From Candidatus Nitrosopelagicus sp. (GTDB lineage: Archaea; Thermoproteota; Nitrososphaeria; Nitrososphaerales; Nitrosopumilaceae): DNA of 64,000 nt. The position numbers and the translations under genes are program-made. Each line of letters opens with the position of its first letter. The stretch's first letter is position 1. The notes under the pieces are model-generated. The model was not told where the DNA came from and made no database searches. It saw only the letters and a program-made list of their open reading frames with translations. Location of the stretch: assembly GCA_028345965.1 (NCBI GenBank), contig JAOMEP010000001.1, forward strand, positions 1,872-65,871, in the 5' to 3' direction. Shown here one piece after another: positions 38,463 to 48,571 of the stretch.

Positions 38463-39500
38463 TTAATTAGCTTGGAATAATTTTTTTATAGATTCTTCAA
38501 ATGGGGATTTAGCAATACCTTTCTCAGTAATAATTCCAGCAATTAATTCAGGAGGAGTCATATCAAATGCAGGATTAATTACATCTATTCCATCTGGTGC
38601 GGTTTTTTTATCACCAATTCCAGTTACTTCAGATGCTTTTCTTTGTTCAATTATTACATCTTCAGGATTACTTTTCATATCAAAAGTGGATAAAGGTGCT
38701 GCAACAAAAAATGGTATATTATGTTGCTTTGCCATAGTTGCTACCTGATATGTTCCAATTTTGTTATAAACATGACCTGTCCTAAGTATCCTATCAGCAC
38801 CAACGACAATTTTATCCACTAAACTATTAGCCATAGAATAACCAACAGCAGTATCAGGAATTAGACTCACGTCAATTCCATCATGTTTTAATTCAAAAGC
38901 AGTTAATCTTGAACCTTGTTGAATTGGACGAGTTTCAGTAGCTATAACTTTAATATTTTTACCACTATCTTTTGTTGCACGAATTACACCTAAAGCAGTC
39001 CCATAACCAACAGTAGCTAATGCACCAGCATTACAATGAGTCATTATAGTATCATTATCATTAAATAATTCAGAGCCATTTTTTCCCATTGTCATATTAA
39101 TTTGTACATCATCATCTGCCATTTTTTTGGCATATTCAATAACATTATTTCTTATTTCTTCTACAGTATTACCATTATTTGCAACTTCCATAATTTTATT
39201 GAGTCCCCACCCAAGATTTACTGCAGTGGGTCTTGTTTCAAATAGAATTTTTTTAGCATTCTGCATATATGCGATTAATTCATTCTTTTCAGTAGTAGCG
39301 TTACTTTGTAATGATGCTAAGGCAAGACCAAATGCACCAGCTACACCGATAGCAGGCGCACCCCTAATAACTAGTGTTTTGATTGCATCCGCAACTTGAT
39401 TGTAATCAGTATATGTAACATATTCAAGAACATTGGGTAATTTTGTCTGATCAATCATTATTACAGAATTATCTTTCCATTCTATTGTTTTAAGCGTCAT
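38463..39500 (-). CDS. mtnA: S-methyl-5-thioribose-1-phosphate isomerase (eIF2B-like)
   Basis: DQTKLP, IRGAPAIG, RPTAVNL, THCNAGALAT, ETRP, NKIGTY, NPAFD. Confidence 0.92.
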   Translation of the reverse strand: MTLKTIEWKDNSVIMIDQTKLPNVLEYVTYTDYNQVADAIKTLVIRGAPAIGVAGAFGLALASLQSNATTEKNELIAYMQNAKKILFETRPTAVNLGWGLNKIMEVANNGNTVEEIRNNVIEYAKKMADDDVQINMTMGKNGSELFNDNDTIMTHCNAGALATVGYGTALGVIRATKDSGKNIKVIATETRPIQQGSRLTAFELKHDGIDVSLIPDTAVGYSMANSLVDKIVVGADRILRTGHVYNKIGTYQVATMAKQHNIPFFVAAPLSTFDMKSNPEDVIIEQRKASEVTGIGDKKTAPDGIDVINPAFDMTPPELIAGIITEKGIAKSPFEESIKKLFQAN

Positions 39501-39594
39501 AGTATTTTTTTTAAATTATGAATTTATTATTTGTTTAGACAAGAAGTATCTATGATACCTTAGTGTTTTATTAGATGTGGTTTTTAGATGCAAT

Positions 39595-40602
39595 ATGGAT
39601 ATACATGAAATTCAAAAATTCGATCCACAAAAAATGTATCAAGTTTATGATAAATGGGCAGTACTAGCAAGAGATGCATATGAAAAAGAATTTTCAAGAA
39701 TTAAATTTGAAGATATAGATCACGTGGTTTTAGCAGGAATGGGAGGTTCAGGTGCAATTGGAGACATAATTGCAGCTATATTATCAAGAGAAAATTTTCA
39801 CGTGTCAACTGTTAAAGGATATTTGTTACCAAAGACGGTCGATAGTAAAACATTAGTGATTGCAATAAGCATATCAGGAAATACTAAAGAGACATTATCA
39901 ATATTAGATTATAAATCAAAATCAGATGCAAAGTTTGTTGCAATTTCATCAGGGGGGGTTATGGAAAAAAAATGCATAGAAAATTCAATTCCACATTATA
40001 ATATCACAATGAATCATTCACCTAGAGCATCATTTGGTGTGTTTTTATATTCAATTCTTAAGATACTTGGCGACGCACTACCAATACACAAATCAGAGGT
40101 AATCGAATCACTTGAAAAGATGGAACAATTACAGGCAAGTATTAATTCAAACAATCTTGATGAAAAAAATAAATCATTGAATTTAGCAAGAAAAATTAAT
40201 TCAAATCCATTAATTTACTATCCTGATGGACTAAAAGCAGCTGCAATAAGATTTAAAAATTCATTACAGGAAAATTCTAAAATTCATACTAGTATAGAGG
40301 ATGTAATAGAAGCATCACATAATTCAATTTCAACATGGGAAAATAATAATAATTTTAAACCAATTTTACTTCAAGGTGCAGATGATTATGTAAAAACAAA
40401 AGAAAGATGGAAGATTATAAAAGAATATTTCAATAGTAAGAAAATAGATTTTGAAGAAGTGTATTCAGTTGATGGGAATATAATTTCAAAACTTGTATGT
40501 TTAATTTATTTATTAGATTATGCTTCAATTTATCTTGCAATTTTATCTAAGATAGATCCATCTCCAGTAGATGCAATCGATTTCATAAAACGAAAGCTTT
40601 AG
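39595..40602 (+). CDS. Bifunctional phosphoglucose/phosphomannose isomerase (SIS)
   Basis: GMGGSG, SISGNTKET, SPRAS, RFKNSLQENSK, EASHN. Confidence 0.88.
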   Translation: MDIHEIQKFDPQKMYQVYDKWAVLARDAYEKEFSRIKFEDIDHVVLAGMGGSGAIGDIIAAILSRENFHVSTVKGYLLPKTVDSKTLVIAISISGNTKETLSILDYKSKSDAKFVAISSGGVMEKKCIENSIPHYNITMNHSPRASFGVFLYSILKILGDALPIHKSEVIESLEKMEQLQASINSNNLDEKNKSLNLARKINSNPLIYYPDGLKAAAIRFKNSLQENSKIHTSIEDVIEASHNSISTWENNNNFKPILLQGADDYVKTKERWKIIKEYFNSKKIDFEEVYSVDGNIISKLVCLIYLLDYASIYLAILSKIDPSPVDAIDFIKRKL

Positions 40603-41351
40603 TTAGATTTTTTTTTCTTTTTTCCAAAATTTTTATTTATTTTATCAATTTGATTTAATAGTTCATTATCAATTAATTCTAAATTTGGAATTACACAATG
40701 ACCACCGATAAATCCAGGAAACATTTTTGGTCTATTTTTTAAAAATTTATGAATTTCATCAGAGAATGACCACATTTCATCATAGTTTACACCATACTTA
40801 TCAGATATAATTTTACTAATTTGTGCATAATTAATTAGCCAACCGTAATACGAAGTGTCAACAACAATTTTGGCTAGCTCTAACGTTAATGGATCAGATA
40901 ATTTTTTAGTTTTTATTCCACATTTTTTCATTCTTTGTTCATACATCTTTGATACACGATTAGAGTTGGATGCAGAATTATAAACAGAGTAAAACTTGGT
41001 ATATCTTTTTAGATCATTAAGCATACGTTTGTGTACACCACGAGTTGCACTATACAATACAGGAGATTTGATCATTTTTTGTAATTTTTCTGTAGTTTTA
41101 GGACTGATTGTACTATGAATAACAATTGCTTCTGGATTTAATTTTTTTTCATATTTTTTAATTATGTTAAAAAAATTCTTTGAAAAAGGTATACAAAAAT
41201 GAACAAAATCAATATCGTAATCTTTTAGTGATGGTTTTTCTTTATTTAGAACGGGATTGATATCAACGCCTTCAACTGGAAAATGTTTTGATAATATTTT
41301 ATAGATAGGTAATCCAATTTCGCCCAATCCAATAACCACATCTTTTTTCAT
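40599..41351 (-). CDS. Short NDP-sugar (GDP-Man/UDP-ManNAc) dehydrogenase family protein
   Basis: IGLGEIGLP, IHSTISP, ELAK, PGFIGGHCVIPN; no C-terminal UDP-binding domain. Confidence 0.75.
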   Translation of the reverse strand: MKKDVVIGLGEIGLPIYKILSKHFPVEGVDINPVLNKEKPSLKDYDIDFVHFCIPFSKNFFNIIKKYEKKLNPEAIVIHSTISPKTTEKLQKMIKSPVLYSATRGVHKRMLNDLKRYTKFYSVYNSASNSNRVSKMYEQRMKKCGIKTKKLSDPLTLELAKIVVDTSYYGWLINYAQISKIISDKYGVNYDEMWSFSDEIHKFLKNRPKMFPGFIGGHCVIPNLELIDNELLNQIDKINKNFGKKKKKSN

Positions 41352-41444
41352 ATTATTATCTAAAATTTCTTCTTTAGATACTTAACGATTATTAATTTAT
41401 GAAATAGTAAATACTATTTAGCATTAATTTCACATGAAATAAGT

Positions 41445-42428
41445 TTGAAAATATTAGTGGTAGGCTATGGATCTATAGGAAAAAGACATGTGACTAATCT
41501 TTTGGAGAATACTAAATCAGAAATTATAATATGTACAAAAAGGAAAGATTTCAAATTTTCAAATAGAAATGTCAAAATTGTGAATTCATTAAATGAAGCA
41601 CTGAAAGAAAAACCTACAATAGGCTTCATAACAAATGAAACAGCATACCATATTCCAACAGCCATAAAACTAGCAAAAGCAGGATTGGATTTGTTTATAG
41701 AAAAACCACTTTCAAATTCAACAAAAGAGATAAAGACATTGCAAAAAATAGTCAAGGAAAAAAAATTAATAGTTCAAATGGGTTTTCATATGAGATTTCA
41801 CAAATGTATTATAAAAATACACGAATTACTTGAAAAGAAGAAAGTTGGTAGAGTTATTTCTGGTCAAGTAGAAAATGGTTCGTATTTACCCGACTGGCAC
41901 CCATACGAAGACTATAGAAAAGGATATGCTGCAAAAAATAGTTTAGGTGGAGGTATTGTTCTAACTCAAATTCATGAGATTGATTATTTGTATTGGTTCT
42001 TTGGTAATCCAAGAACAATTTATTCAGTGACTGGTAAATTTAGTGATTTAGAAACTCCAGTAGATGATTATTCATCTAGTATAATGAAATTTAAAAAAAA
42101 TATTACAACTGAAATGCATTTAGATTTTTTCTTAGGATATGAATACAAAAGATGTAAAATTAAAGGAACGAAAGGAATAATTTTCTGGAATTCAGTATAC
42201 AATGAAGTAAAATTTTTTGATGCAAAAAAGAAAAGTTGGAAAACAATTTTAAAACTAAAGAAATTTGAACGAAATGATATGTATGTAGATGAAATGAAAT
42301 ATTTTATGAACTGCGTTAAAAAAAGAAAAAAACCAATGAATGGCTTAGATGAAGGAATAGATACAATGAAAATTGCACTAAATATAATTAAATCAGGAAA
42401 AACAAAGAAAATTATCGATGTGAAATGA
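41445..42428 (+). CDS. Gfo/Idh/MocA family oxidoreductase
   Basis: VGYGSIGKRH, FIEKP, YLPDWHPYEDYR, HEIDY. Confidence 0.9.
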   Translation: MKILVVGYGSIGKRHVTNLLENTKSEIIICTKRKDFKFSNRNVKIVNSLNEALKEKPTIGFITNETAYHIPTAIKLAKAGLDLFIEKPLSNSTKEIKTLQKIVKEKKLIVQMGFHMRFHKCIIKIHELLEKKKVGRVISGQVENGSYLPDWHPYEDYRKGYAAKNSLGGGIVLTQIHEIDYLYWFFGNPRTIYSVTGKFSDLETPVDDYSSSIMKFKKNITTEMHLDFFLGYEYKRCKIKGTKGIIFWNSVYNEVKFFDAKKKSWKTILKLKKFERNDMYVDEMKYFMNCVKKRKKPMNGLDEGIDTMKIALNIIKSGKTKKIIDVK

Positions 42429-42919
42429 TTTCAAAGAAAATTATTCAAAAATGTAAATTAATTAAATTAGTGATTACAGACGTAGATGGAGTTCTCACTG
42501 ATGGAGGAATGTATTATTCTGAAAAAGATGAATTATTAAAAAAATTCAATGCCAAAGATGGAATGGGTGTTGAGCTATTGCATAAAGCATCAATTAAGAC
42601 TATTTTTTTAACTGGTGAAAATTCAAAAATTGTAAAAATTCGTGCTAAAAAAGTAAAAGCAGACGATTGTCACATTAACATTAAACAAAAAGAGAAAATT
42701 TTTTCAGAGATTTGTAAAAAATTCAATGTAAAGCCATTCAATGTTGCATACATTGGAGATGATGTTAACGATCTAAAAATTATGAGTCGTGTGGGACTTA
42801 CAGCCTGCCCTTCAGATGCACAAAAACAAATTAAATTAATTTCAGATTTAAAATGTGAAAAAGAAGGAGGAAAAGGAGCATTTAGAGAATTTGCTGATGT
42901 AATATTAGACAGTTTATGA
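42425..42919 (+). CDS. kdsC: KdsC-like HAD phosphatase (KDO-8-P / KDN-9-P phosphatase family)
   Basis: DVDGVLTDG, FNAKDGMG, YIGDDVND, GGKGAFRE. Confidence 0.9.
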   Translation: MISKKIIQKCKLIKLVITDVDGVLTDGGMYYSEKDELLKKFNAKDGMGVELLHKASIKTIFLTGENSKIVKIRAKKVKADDCHINIKQKEKIFSEICKKFNVKPFNVAYIGDDVNDLKIMSRVGLTACPSDAQKQIKLISDLKCEKEGGKGAFREFADVILDSL

Positions 42920-42971
42920 ATTCTTAGAAAGTCATTTTAAGGGATTTATTAGATAAAAATTTGATAATAAT

Positions 42972-43805
42972 ATGGTATTCGTAATTGGAGAGATTGGAAC
43001 AAATCATCTGGGTGATCTAAAAGTTGCGAAAAAAATTATAGATATTGCAAAAGATGCAGGATGTGACGCCGTAAAATTTCAAAAAAAAAATGTTGAGAAG
43101 ATCTATACAAAAAAATTCTTAGATTCTCCACTTGATAGTCCATGGGGTAAAACTCAACGAGAAATGAGATTACATAGAGAATTTTCATTAAAACAATTTG
43201 AAGAGATTAACAGATATTGTAAAAAAAAGAATATAGAATGGTTTGTTTCCTGTTGGGATACAGAAAGCCAAGTTTCAATGAGAAAATTTAAAACAAAATA
43301 TAATAAAGTTGCCTCAGCTATGCTTACACATAAAAAATTATTAGAACTTATTGCAAAAGAAAAAAAATATACATTTATCTCGACCGGAATGAGTACAATA
43401 AAAAATATTGAAGAAGCAATTAAAATTTTTAAAAAATATAAATGTCCTTTTGAATTAATGCATTGTCACAGTGCATACCCAATGCCTACCGAAGAAGCTA
43501 ATCTCAATATGATTCCTGAATTAAGAAAAAAATTCAAATGTAAAGTAGGTTATAGTGGACATGAAGTAGGTGCCACAAATGTTTCAATTCCAGCAGTTAT
43601 GTTAGGTGCAAGTTCAATTGAACGACATATTACAGTAAATAGAACTTGGTATGGTCATGACCAAGCAGCATCATTAGAACCACAAGGATTACAAAGATTG
43701 GTGAGAGATATTAGAGTTATAGATAAAATACAAGGAAATGGGAAAAAGAAAATTTGGTCAACTGAAATTCCTAACCAAAAGAAATTGAGGCAAATTTTTT
43801 GCTAA
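42972..43805 (+). CDS. neuB: Nonulosonic acid synthase (NeuB family, short form without SAF/AFP domain)
   Basis: EIGTNHLG, AVKFQK, ISTGM, GYSGHE, IERHIT, DQAASLEP. Confidence 0.9.
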   Translation: MVFVIGEIGTNHLGDLKVAKKIIDIAKDAGCDAVKFQKKNVEKIYTKKFLDSPLDSPWGKTQREMRLHREFSLKQFEEINRYCKKKNIEWFVSCWDTESQVSMRKFKTKYNKVASAMLTHKKLLELIAKEKKYTFISTGMSTIKNIEEAIKIFKKYKCPFELMHCHSAYPMPTEEANLNMIPELRKKFKCKVGYSGHEVGATNVSIPAVMLGASSIERHITVNRTWYGHDQAASLEPQGLQRLVRDIRVIDKIQGNGKKKIWSTEIPNQKKLRQIFC

Positions 43806-43829
43806 ATTTTAGATTAGAGGTTATGTAAA

Positions 43830-44504
43830 ATGAAGAAAATTACTATAACAGGTTCTGAGGGATTATTAGGAAAAGAGATTTCAAAATTTCTCAAAAAGAA
43901 AAATAAAGTTTATAGATTAGACCTTCAATTAGGACACGATCTTAATAATGAAAAATTTGTAAAAAATTGGTTTAAGAAAAATCATTCAGATTATTTGATA
44001 AATTGTTTTGCCATAAACGATCATGTATCAAAAAATAAACGAAAAAATAATCTTTTTAATTTTCCATTAGAGACATTTGATGAGTATTTAAAAACTAATG
44101 TCACAACTCTGTTTTCAGTATGCAGAGAGTTTGCAAGAAATAATAAAAAATCAGGAATTATAAATTTTTCATCAACATATGGATTAATTTCACCTCGTCC
44201 AGACATGTATGAAGGTAGTCACAAGGATATTGGATATGGAGTATCAAAATCAGCTGTAATTAATTTATCAAAATATCTTGCCATACACTTAGCACCACAT
44301 ATTCAAGTTAACTGTGTTATTCCAGGAGGAGTGGAACATAAACAAAATAAAAAATTTATTTCTGCATACTCAAAGCATACACCACTAAAGAGAATGATGA
44401 AAAAAAATGAATTAAATCATTTAATGGAATTTCTTTGTAGCAAAAATTCAGGTTATTCAACAGGTTCTACATTCGTTGTAGATGGCGGGTACACATCATG
44501 GTAA
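43830..44504 (+). CDS. SDR family oxidoreductase (PtmA-like)
   Basis: TGSEGLLG, FSSTYG, YGVSKSA, PGGV, VDGGYTSW. Confidence 0.88.
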   Translation: MKKITITGSEGLLGKEISKFLKKKNKVYRLDLQLGHDLNNEKFVKNWFKKNHSDYLINCFAINDHVSKNKRKNNLFNFPLETFDEYLKTNVTTLFSVCREFARNNKKSGIINFSSTYGLISPRPDMYEGSHKDIGYGVSKSAVINLSKYLAIHLAPHIQVNCVIPGGVEHKQNKKFISAYSKHTPLKRMMKKNELNHLMEFLCSKNSGYSTGSTFVVDGGYTSW

Positions 44505-44509
44505 AAAAA

Positions 44510-46405
44510 TTATAATTTTTTTAAGATTTCGACTAGTTGTTCAGATGCATTACCATGGTTTGATAGATAATTTTTTAGAAATTGTTTCGCGTTAGACTTT
44601 AGTTCAAGTTTGTATTCTTCATTTGAAATGATTTTTGATATATCTGATTCAACATTTTGAATATTATCAATAGACATTACGCCATTCATTTTGATAATTT
44701 CATTTTCTTTAGCCCAGTTATCTGTAATTAATGAAATAGTTGGTTTTTCTAAAATAATTGATTCCAATAAGATACTAGAAGTATTAAAGCTAATAATCAG
44801 ATCACATTCGTTAATTAATTCAGGTAAATTTGCATCTACAATTATTTTTGCATTAGAATCAGTTTCATTGATTAAATCAATTGCATTGTTTATAAAATCA
44901 GACTGAGGGTGAGGCTTTACAATTAATTCTTTATCAGGATGATTTTTCTTTACTACACGAAATATTTCTTTTATGTATTCATCATATTTTAAAAAAATAT
45001 CAGTGGTGGAATCTTCTGCAAAAATTGCGGGAGGACCAGTAGTCGCTAACAATATTTTTCCTGTTTTTTTAAAATTTTTTTCTAAGGAGAAAAATGAATC
45101 ATGTTTTGGACTTCCTGTGATTAATAATTTTTCTTTATTATGACCATTTGAAACAGCAAATTCATGTGTAAGATTTCCCCATATTGCTTGATAATCACTT
45201 TGATGTTCATGTGAAAATAATGCAAGAAATCTACCAAATGGTTTCCAAATCTCACCTATTGGAAACATTGAATGTTGTAGCATTATAGATTTTATGCCAT
45301 ATTTTTTAGATACAGCAAGAACTTCTTTTTCTTCTTGACCTGTTTCAGCCCATTCTAAAATTTCAGAGATATTATACTGAGAAAATAATTCGTGTAAGAG
45401 CAAAATACGTTCTAAAGATTCATGAAATCTTTCATTACACATATTACTAAAAGTCGCTTTGATTGAAGACCAAACACTATGTGAATCAATTAAAAAGATA
45501 TTTTGAAAAATTAAATCATTTTGCCAGAGTTTTTCAAGGTTTTTCATTAATAATTTTTTTTCATTTGAAATTTGTGACTTAATATTTCGTTCAAAATTTG
45601 CTAAATCAATGATTTTACAATTTGATTTTTTGATAATTTCCAAACTTTTTTTGCCTAAAACTGCAGGACGACGTTGATTTAATAGAAAAATATTTTTTCC
45701 TAATTTTCCCAATTCACGAATTAATATTTCATAAGTTATAGGATTGAATTCAAGTAGTAAAATAGCATCATTTTGTGATTGGTTTTTGTTAGGAGATAAG
45801 CGAAACGATTTTTGAGATATTTTTTCAGTGAAATTTTTAATTTTTTTATATTTTGTTCTAGAGGTTGTAATAGAAAGTGGTATAGGTCCAACATTATATT
45901 TTATATTAATTCTATCATAATGAAGTGATGATATTTTTCCATCAGATAAATTTTGAAATTTAATATTCTTTTCATCACAAATTAATTTTAAAAATGGATT
46001 GATATTTGTAACAGATAAAATTTCATTTGGAGATATATCTTGAATAATTTTAAGAATAGTTTTTGCACTTTTAAAAATACTTAAAATATATTGAAATAAT
46101 TCCATTTCAATAAATTCAGGAATAGTAATATTATCGACTGTAAGTATGTGTCTAATTTCTTCATTTTTCCACCAATTTAGTGTGATATCAGTTGCTAATT
46201 GATTAATGAGTTTTTTGTCATCATTGGTAAGATAATATTCTCCAATTTTATGACTAATATTATTTTTTTCTAGTAGTCTATGGGTGTTATAATTTAATGT
46301 GAATATCTTTAGATTTGGATGATTGTTTAATTGTTTTTTTATTATTTTGATGTCATTCAGATTTTCAATTATGCATATTGTATTTTCCATTTTACTAATA
46401 ATCAA
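44510..46405 (-). CDS. Capsule polysaccharide biosynthesis / CMP-nonulosonate transferase-like GT-B protein
   Basis: IMLQHS, AIWG, ITGSPKHD, VKPHP, NTSSILLESIILEKP. Confidence 0.7.
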   Translation of the reverse strand: MIISKMENTICIIENLNDIKIIKKQLNNHPNLKIFTLNYNTHRLLEKNNISHKIGEYYLTNDDKKLINQLATDITLNWWKNEEIRHILTVDNITIPEFIEMELFQYILSIFKSAKTILKIIQDISPNEILSVTNINPFLKLICDEKNIKFQNLSDGKISSLHYDRINIKYNVGPIPLSITTSRTKYKKIKNFTEKISQKSFRLSPNKNQSQNDAILLLEFNPITYEILIRELGKLGKNIFLLNQRRPAVLGKKSLEIIKKSNCKIIDLANFERNIKSQISNEKKLLMKNLEKLWQNDLIFQNIFLIDSHSVWSSIKATFSNMCNERFHESLERILLLHELFSQYNISEILEWAETGQEEKEVLAVSKKYGIKSIMLQHSMFPIGEIWKPFGRFLALFSHEHQSDYQAIWGNLTHEFAVSNGHNKEKLLITGSPKHDSFFSLEKNFKKTGKILLATTGPPAIFAEDSTTDIFLKYDEYIKEIFRVVKKNHPDKELIVKPHPQSDFINNAIDLINETDSNAKIIVDANLPELINECDLIISFNTSSILLESIILEKPTISLITDNWAKENEIIKMNGVMSIDNIQNVESDISKIISNEEYKLELKSNAKQFLKNYLSNHGNASEQLVEILKKL

Positions 46406-46500
46406 CTTAATTTTTGATGTGTCGGTTATATTGTTTATTCATAAAATATTAGAGCTATGTTTAGAATGATATTATTATAAGGGAATGTTTAGTTATATTT

Positions 46501-47607
46501 ATGACTAGAGAAGGAGTCACATTTTTAACAAAAAAAGATTTTGATGTGAAATCATTAATTATAATTTTAAAAGAACAATCTAAATTAATTGAAAAAACTG
46601 AAGATCAAAAAATATTGAACCAAATTCTCATGTTATTTGAAAAAAATAATTTAACTTTATTATCTCCACAAGAAGTTCATTTTTTAGAATCAAATAAACA
46701 AGAGATTTGGGCAGAATATCTAATTTTTAGATATAAAATGAATTATTTTCCTAAACAAAAAATTGTATATGATTTTCCAGTTTATCTACTAATAGAACCT
46801 GTTTCAGCATGTAATTTACGTTGCATAATGTGTTTTCAAATTGATGAAACGTTCACATCAAATAATAAATTTATGGGAATGATTGATTTTGAACTTTTCA
46901 AAAAAATTATTGATGATGCAGTAGCAGGCGGTACAAAAGCAATAACTTTAGCATCAAGAGGAGAGCCAACTTTACATCCAAAATTAGGGGAGATGTTAGA
47001 ATATTGTTCGGGAAAATTTTTTGAATTAAAAATTAATACTAATGGAACCAAACTAAATGAAAAACTAATTCATCAAATTCTTAAAAGTGGTGTAACAAAC
47101 ATGGTATTTTCAATTGATTCTTACAAGAAAGAGGAATATGAATCGATTAGAGTTAAAGGAATTTTTGAAGAGATTGTTGATAATGTGAAAAAATTCAAAG
47201 ACATTAAAGAAAAAATTTATCCAGATTCAAAAATTGAAACTAGAGTAAGTGGTGTTAAAGTGGAAAAGAGCCAAGATCCAGAAAAATTTAGAGACTTTTG
47301 GAAAAAATATGTTGATAATGTTGTAATGGTAGAAATGGAAAATAGATGGGACACATATCATAATCCAAAAGAGATAATGGCTCCAGGCCCATGCAATTAC
47401 CTTTGGGAAAGAATGTACATTTGGTATGATGGATTATGCAATCCATGTGATATAGATTATAAAAGTGAGCTAAGTGTTGGTTCAGTTAAAGATCAATCAA
47501 TAAAAAATATTTGGAAAAGTAATAAGTTTACAGAATTGAGGAATGAACATTTGAAAAATAATAGAAATCAAATATTCCCATGTGATAGGTGTCCAGTTGA
47601 CTCATAA
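46501..47607 (+). CDS. Radical SAM protein with SPASM/twitch domain
   Basis: CNLRCIMC, RGEPTLHP, NTNG; C-terminal CNYLWE...CNPCDID...CDRC. Confidence 0.9.
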   Translation: MTREGVTFLTKKDFDVKSLIIILKEQSKLIEKTEDQKILNQILMLFEKNNLTLLSPQEVHFLESNKQEIWAEYLIFRYKMNYFPKQKIVYDFPVYLLIEPVSACNLRCIMCFQIDETFTSNNKFMGMIDFELFKKIIDDAVAGGTKAITLASRGEPTLHPKLGEMLEYCSGKFFELKINTNGTKLNEKLIHQILKSGVTNMVFSIDSYKKEEYESIRVKGIFEEIVDNVKKFKDIKEKIYPDSKIETRVSGVKVEKSQDPEKFRDFWKKYVDNVVMVEMENRWDTYHNPKEIMAPGPCNYLWERMYIWYDGLCNPCDIDYKSELSVGSVKDQSIKNIWKSNKFTELRNEHLKNNRNQIFPCDRCPVDS

Positions 47608-48571
47608 AATCGGTTTTATTGGTTACAAGAATCATGCTAAGAAGTTATTAGATATTGTTGAGAGAACAGACAATGTTGAGGTTTCATACATATATCATCC
47701 CACAAAAAATATCGAAGATTCAAGAATTACAAATAATTTAAAAGATTTGTATGAATGTGATGGAGTTTTTATTGCTTCTCCAAATAATACACATTTTGAA
47801 TACCTAAAAGAAATGATTGAAAATTCAGATTGTCTAATTTATTGTGAAAAACCTCCCGTAACATCTTCAGATGGTATTGATTATTTGGAAAGACTGATCA
47901 GTGAACAAAAAAAACGGATTTTCTTTGGTTTTAATTTACGCTTTAGTGGATTCAATGATTTACTAAAAGAATATTCAAAATCTGAAAAACTAGGAAAAAT
48001 TATTCAAATAAACATTATTACATCTCAAGGACTGGCTTTCAAGGAAAAATATCTAAAAGATTGGAGAGCAGATGGTGAAAATAATTTGCACAATATAATT
48101 GAAAATAGTTCCATACATTGGATTGATTTAATGATTTTCAATTTTGGAAAAACAATAAATTCAAACTATCTACCTAGATTAATTTCTGATAATGGTACAT
48201 CATTTGATACAAATTCAGTAAATTTACAATTTGAGAGTGGTATAGTAGCATCGATTTTTACTTCGTATGCAACACCACTTGTAGAAAATATTGTCATAGT
48301 TGGAACAAATGGATTTGTAATAATAAAAGATGGAAAAATGGAAATTTCCTATCCAAGAGATACATTTGATGAAAATGGTTTATTTACAAATCCTAAAAAT
48401 AAAGAAGAAATTGACTTTAGTTTTCAAACTATTGGTGAAAATTCTTTAAAAAAATCAGTTGGTTATTTTTTAGAATGTTTGAAAAGTTCGAAAAAGTTCG
48501 AAAGTGCATATTTTGATACATCTACCTATACTAACAAATTAATTCTTGATTTAGAGGAAGAGAATAAATGA
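47582..48571 (+). CDS. Gfo/Idh/MocA family oxidoreductase
   Basis: IGFIG, IASPNNTH, YCEKP, GFNLRF, IHWID; start uncertain (TTG at 47597 possible). Confidence 0.85.
   Translation: MIGVQLTHKIGFIGYKNHAKKLLDIVERTDNVEVSYIYHPTKNIEDSRITNNLKDLYECDGVFIASPNNTHFEYLKEMIENSDCLIYCEKPPVTSSDGIDYLERLISEQKKRIFFGFNLRFSGFNDLLKEYSKSEKLGKIIQINIITSQGLAFKEKYLKDWRADGENNLHNIIENSSIHWIDLMIFNFGKTINSNYLPRLISDNGTSFDTNSVNLQFESGIVASIFTSYATPLVENIVIVGTNGFVIIKDGKMEISYPRDTFDENGLFTNPKNKEEIDFSFQTIGENSLKKSVGYFLECLKSSKKFESAYFDTSTYTNKLILDLEEENK

Noticed and set aside
37429-41400. tRNA-Arg as an integration site for the glycosylation island
   Set aside because: Core genes lie between the tRNA and the island; no integrase or duplicated tRNA 3' end is seen in the window.
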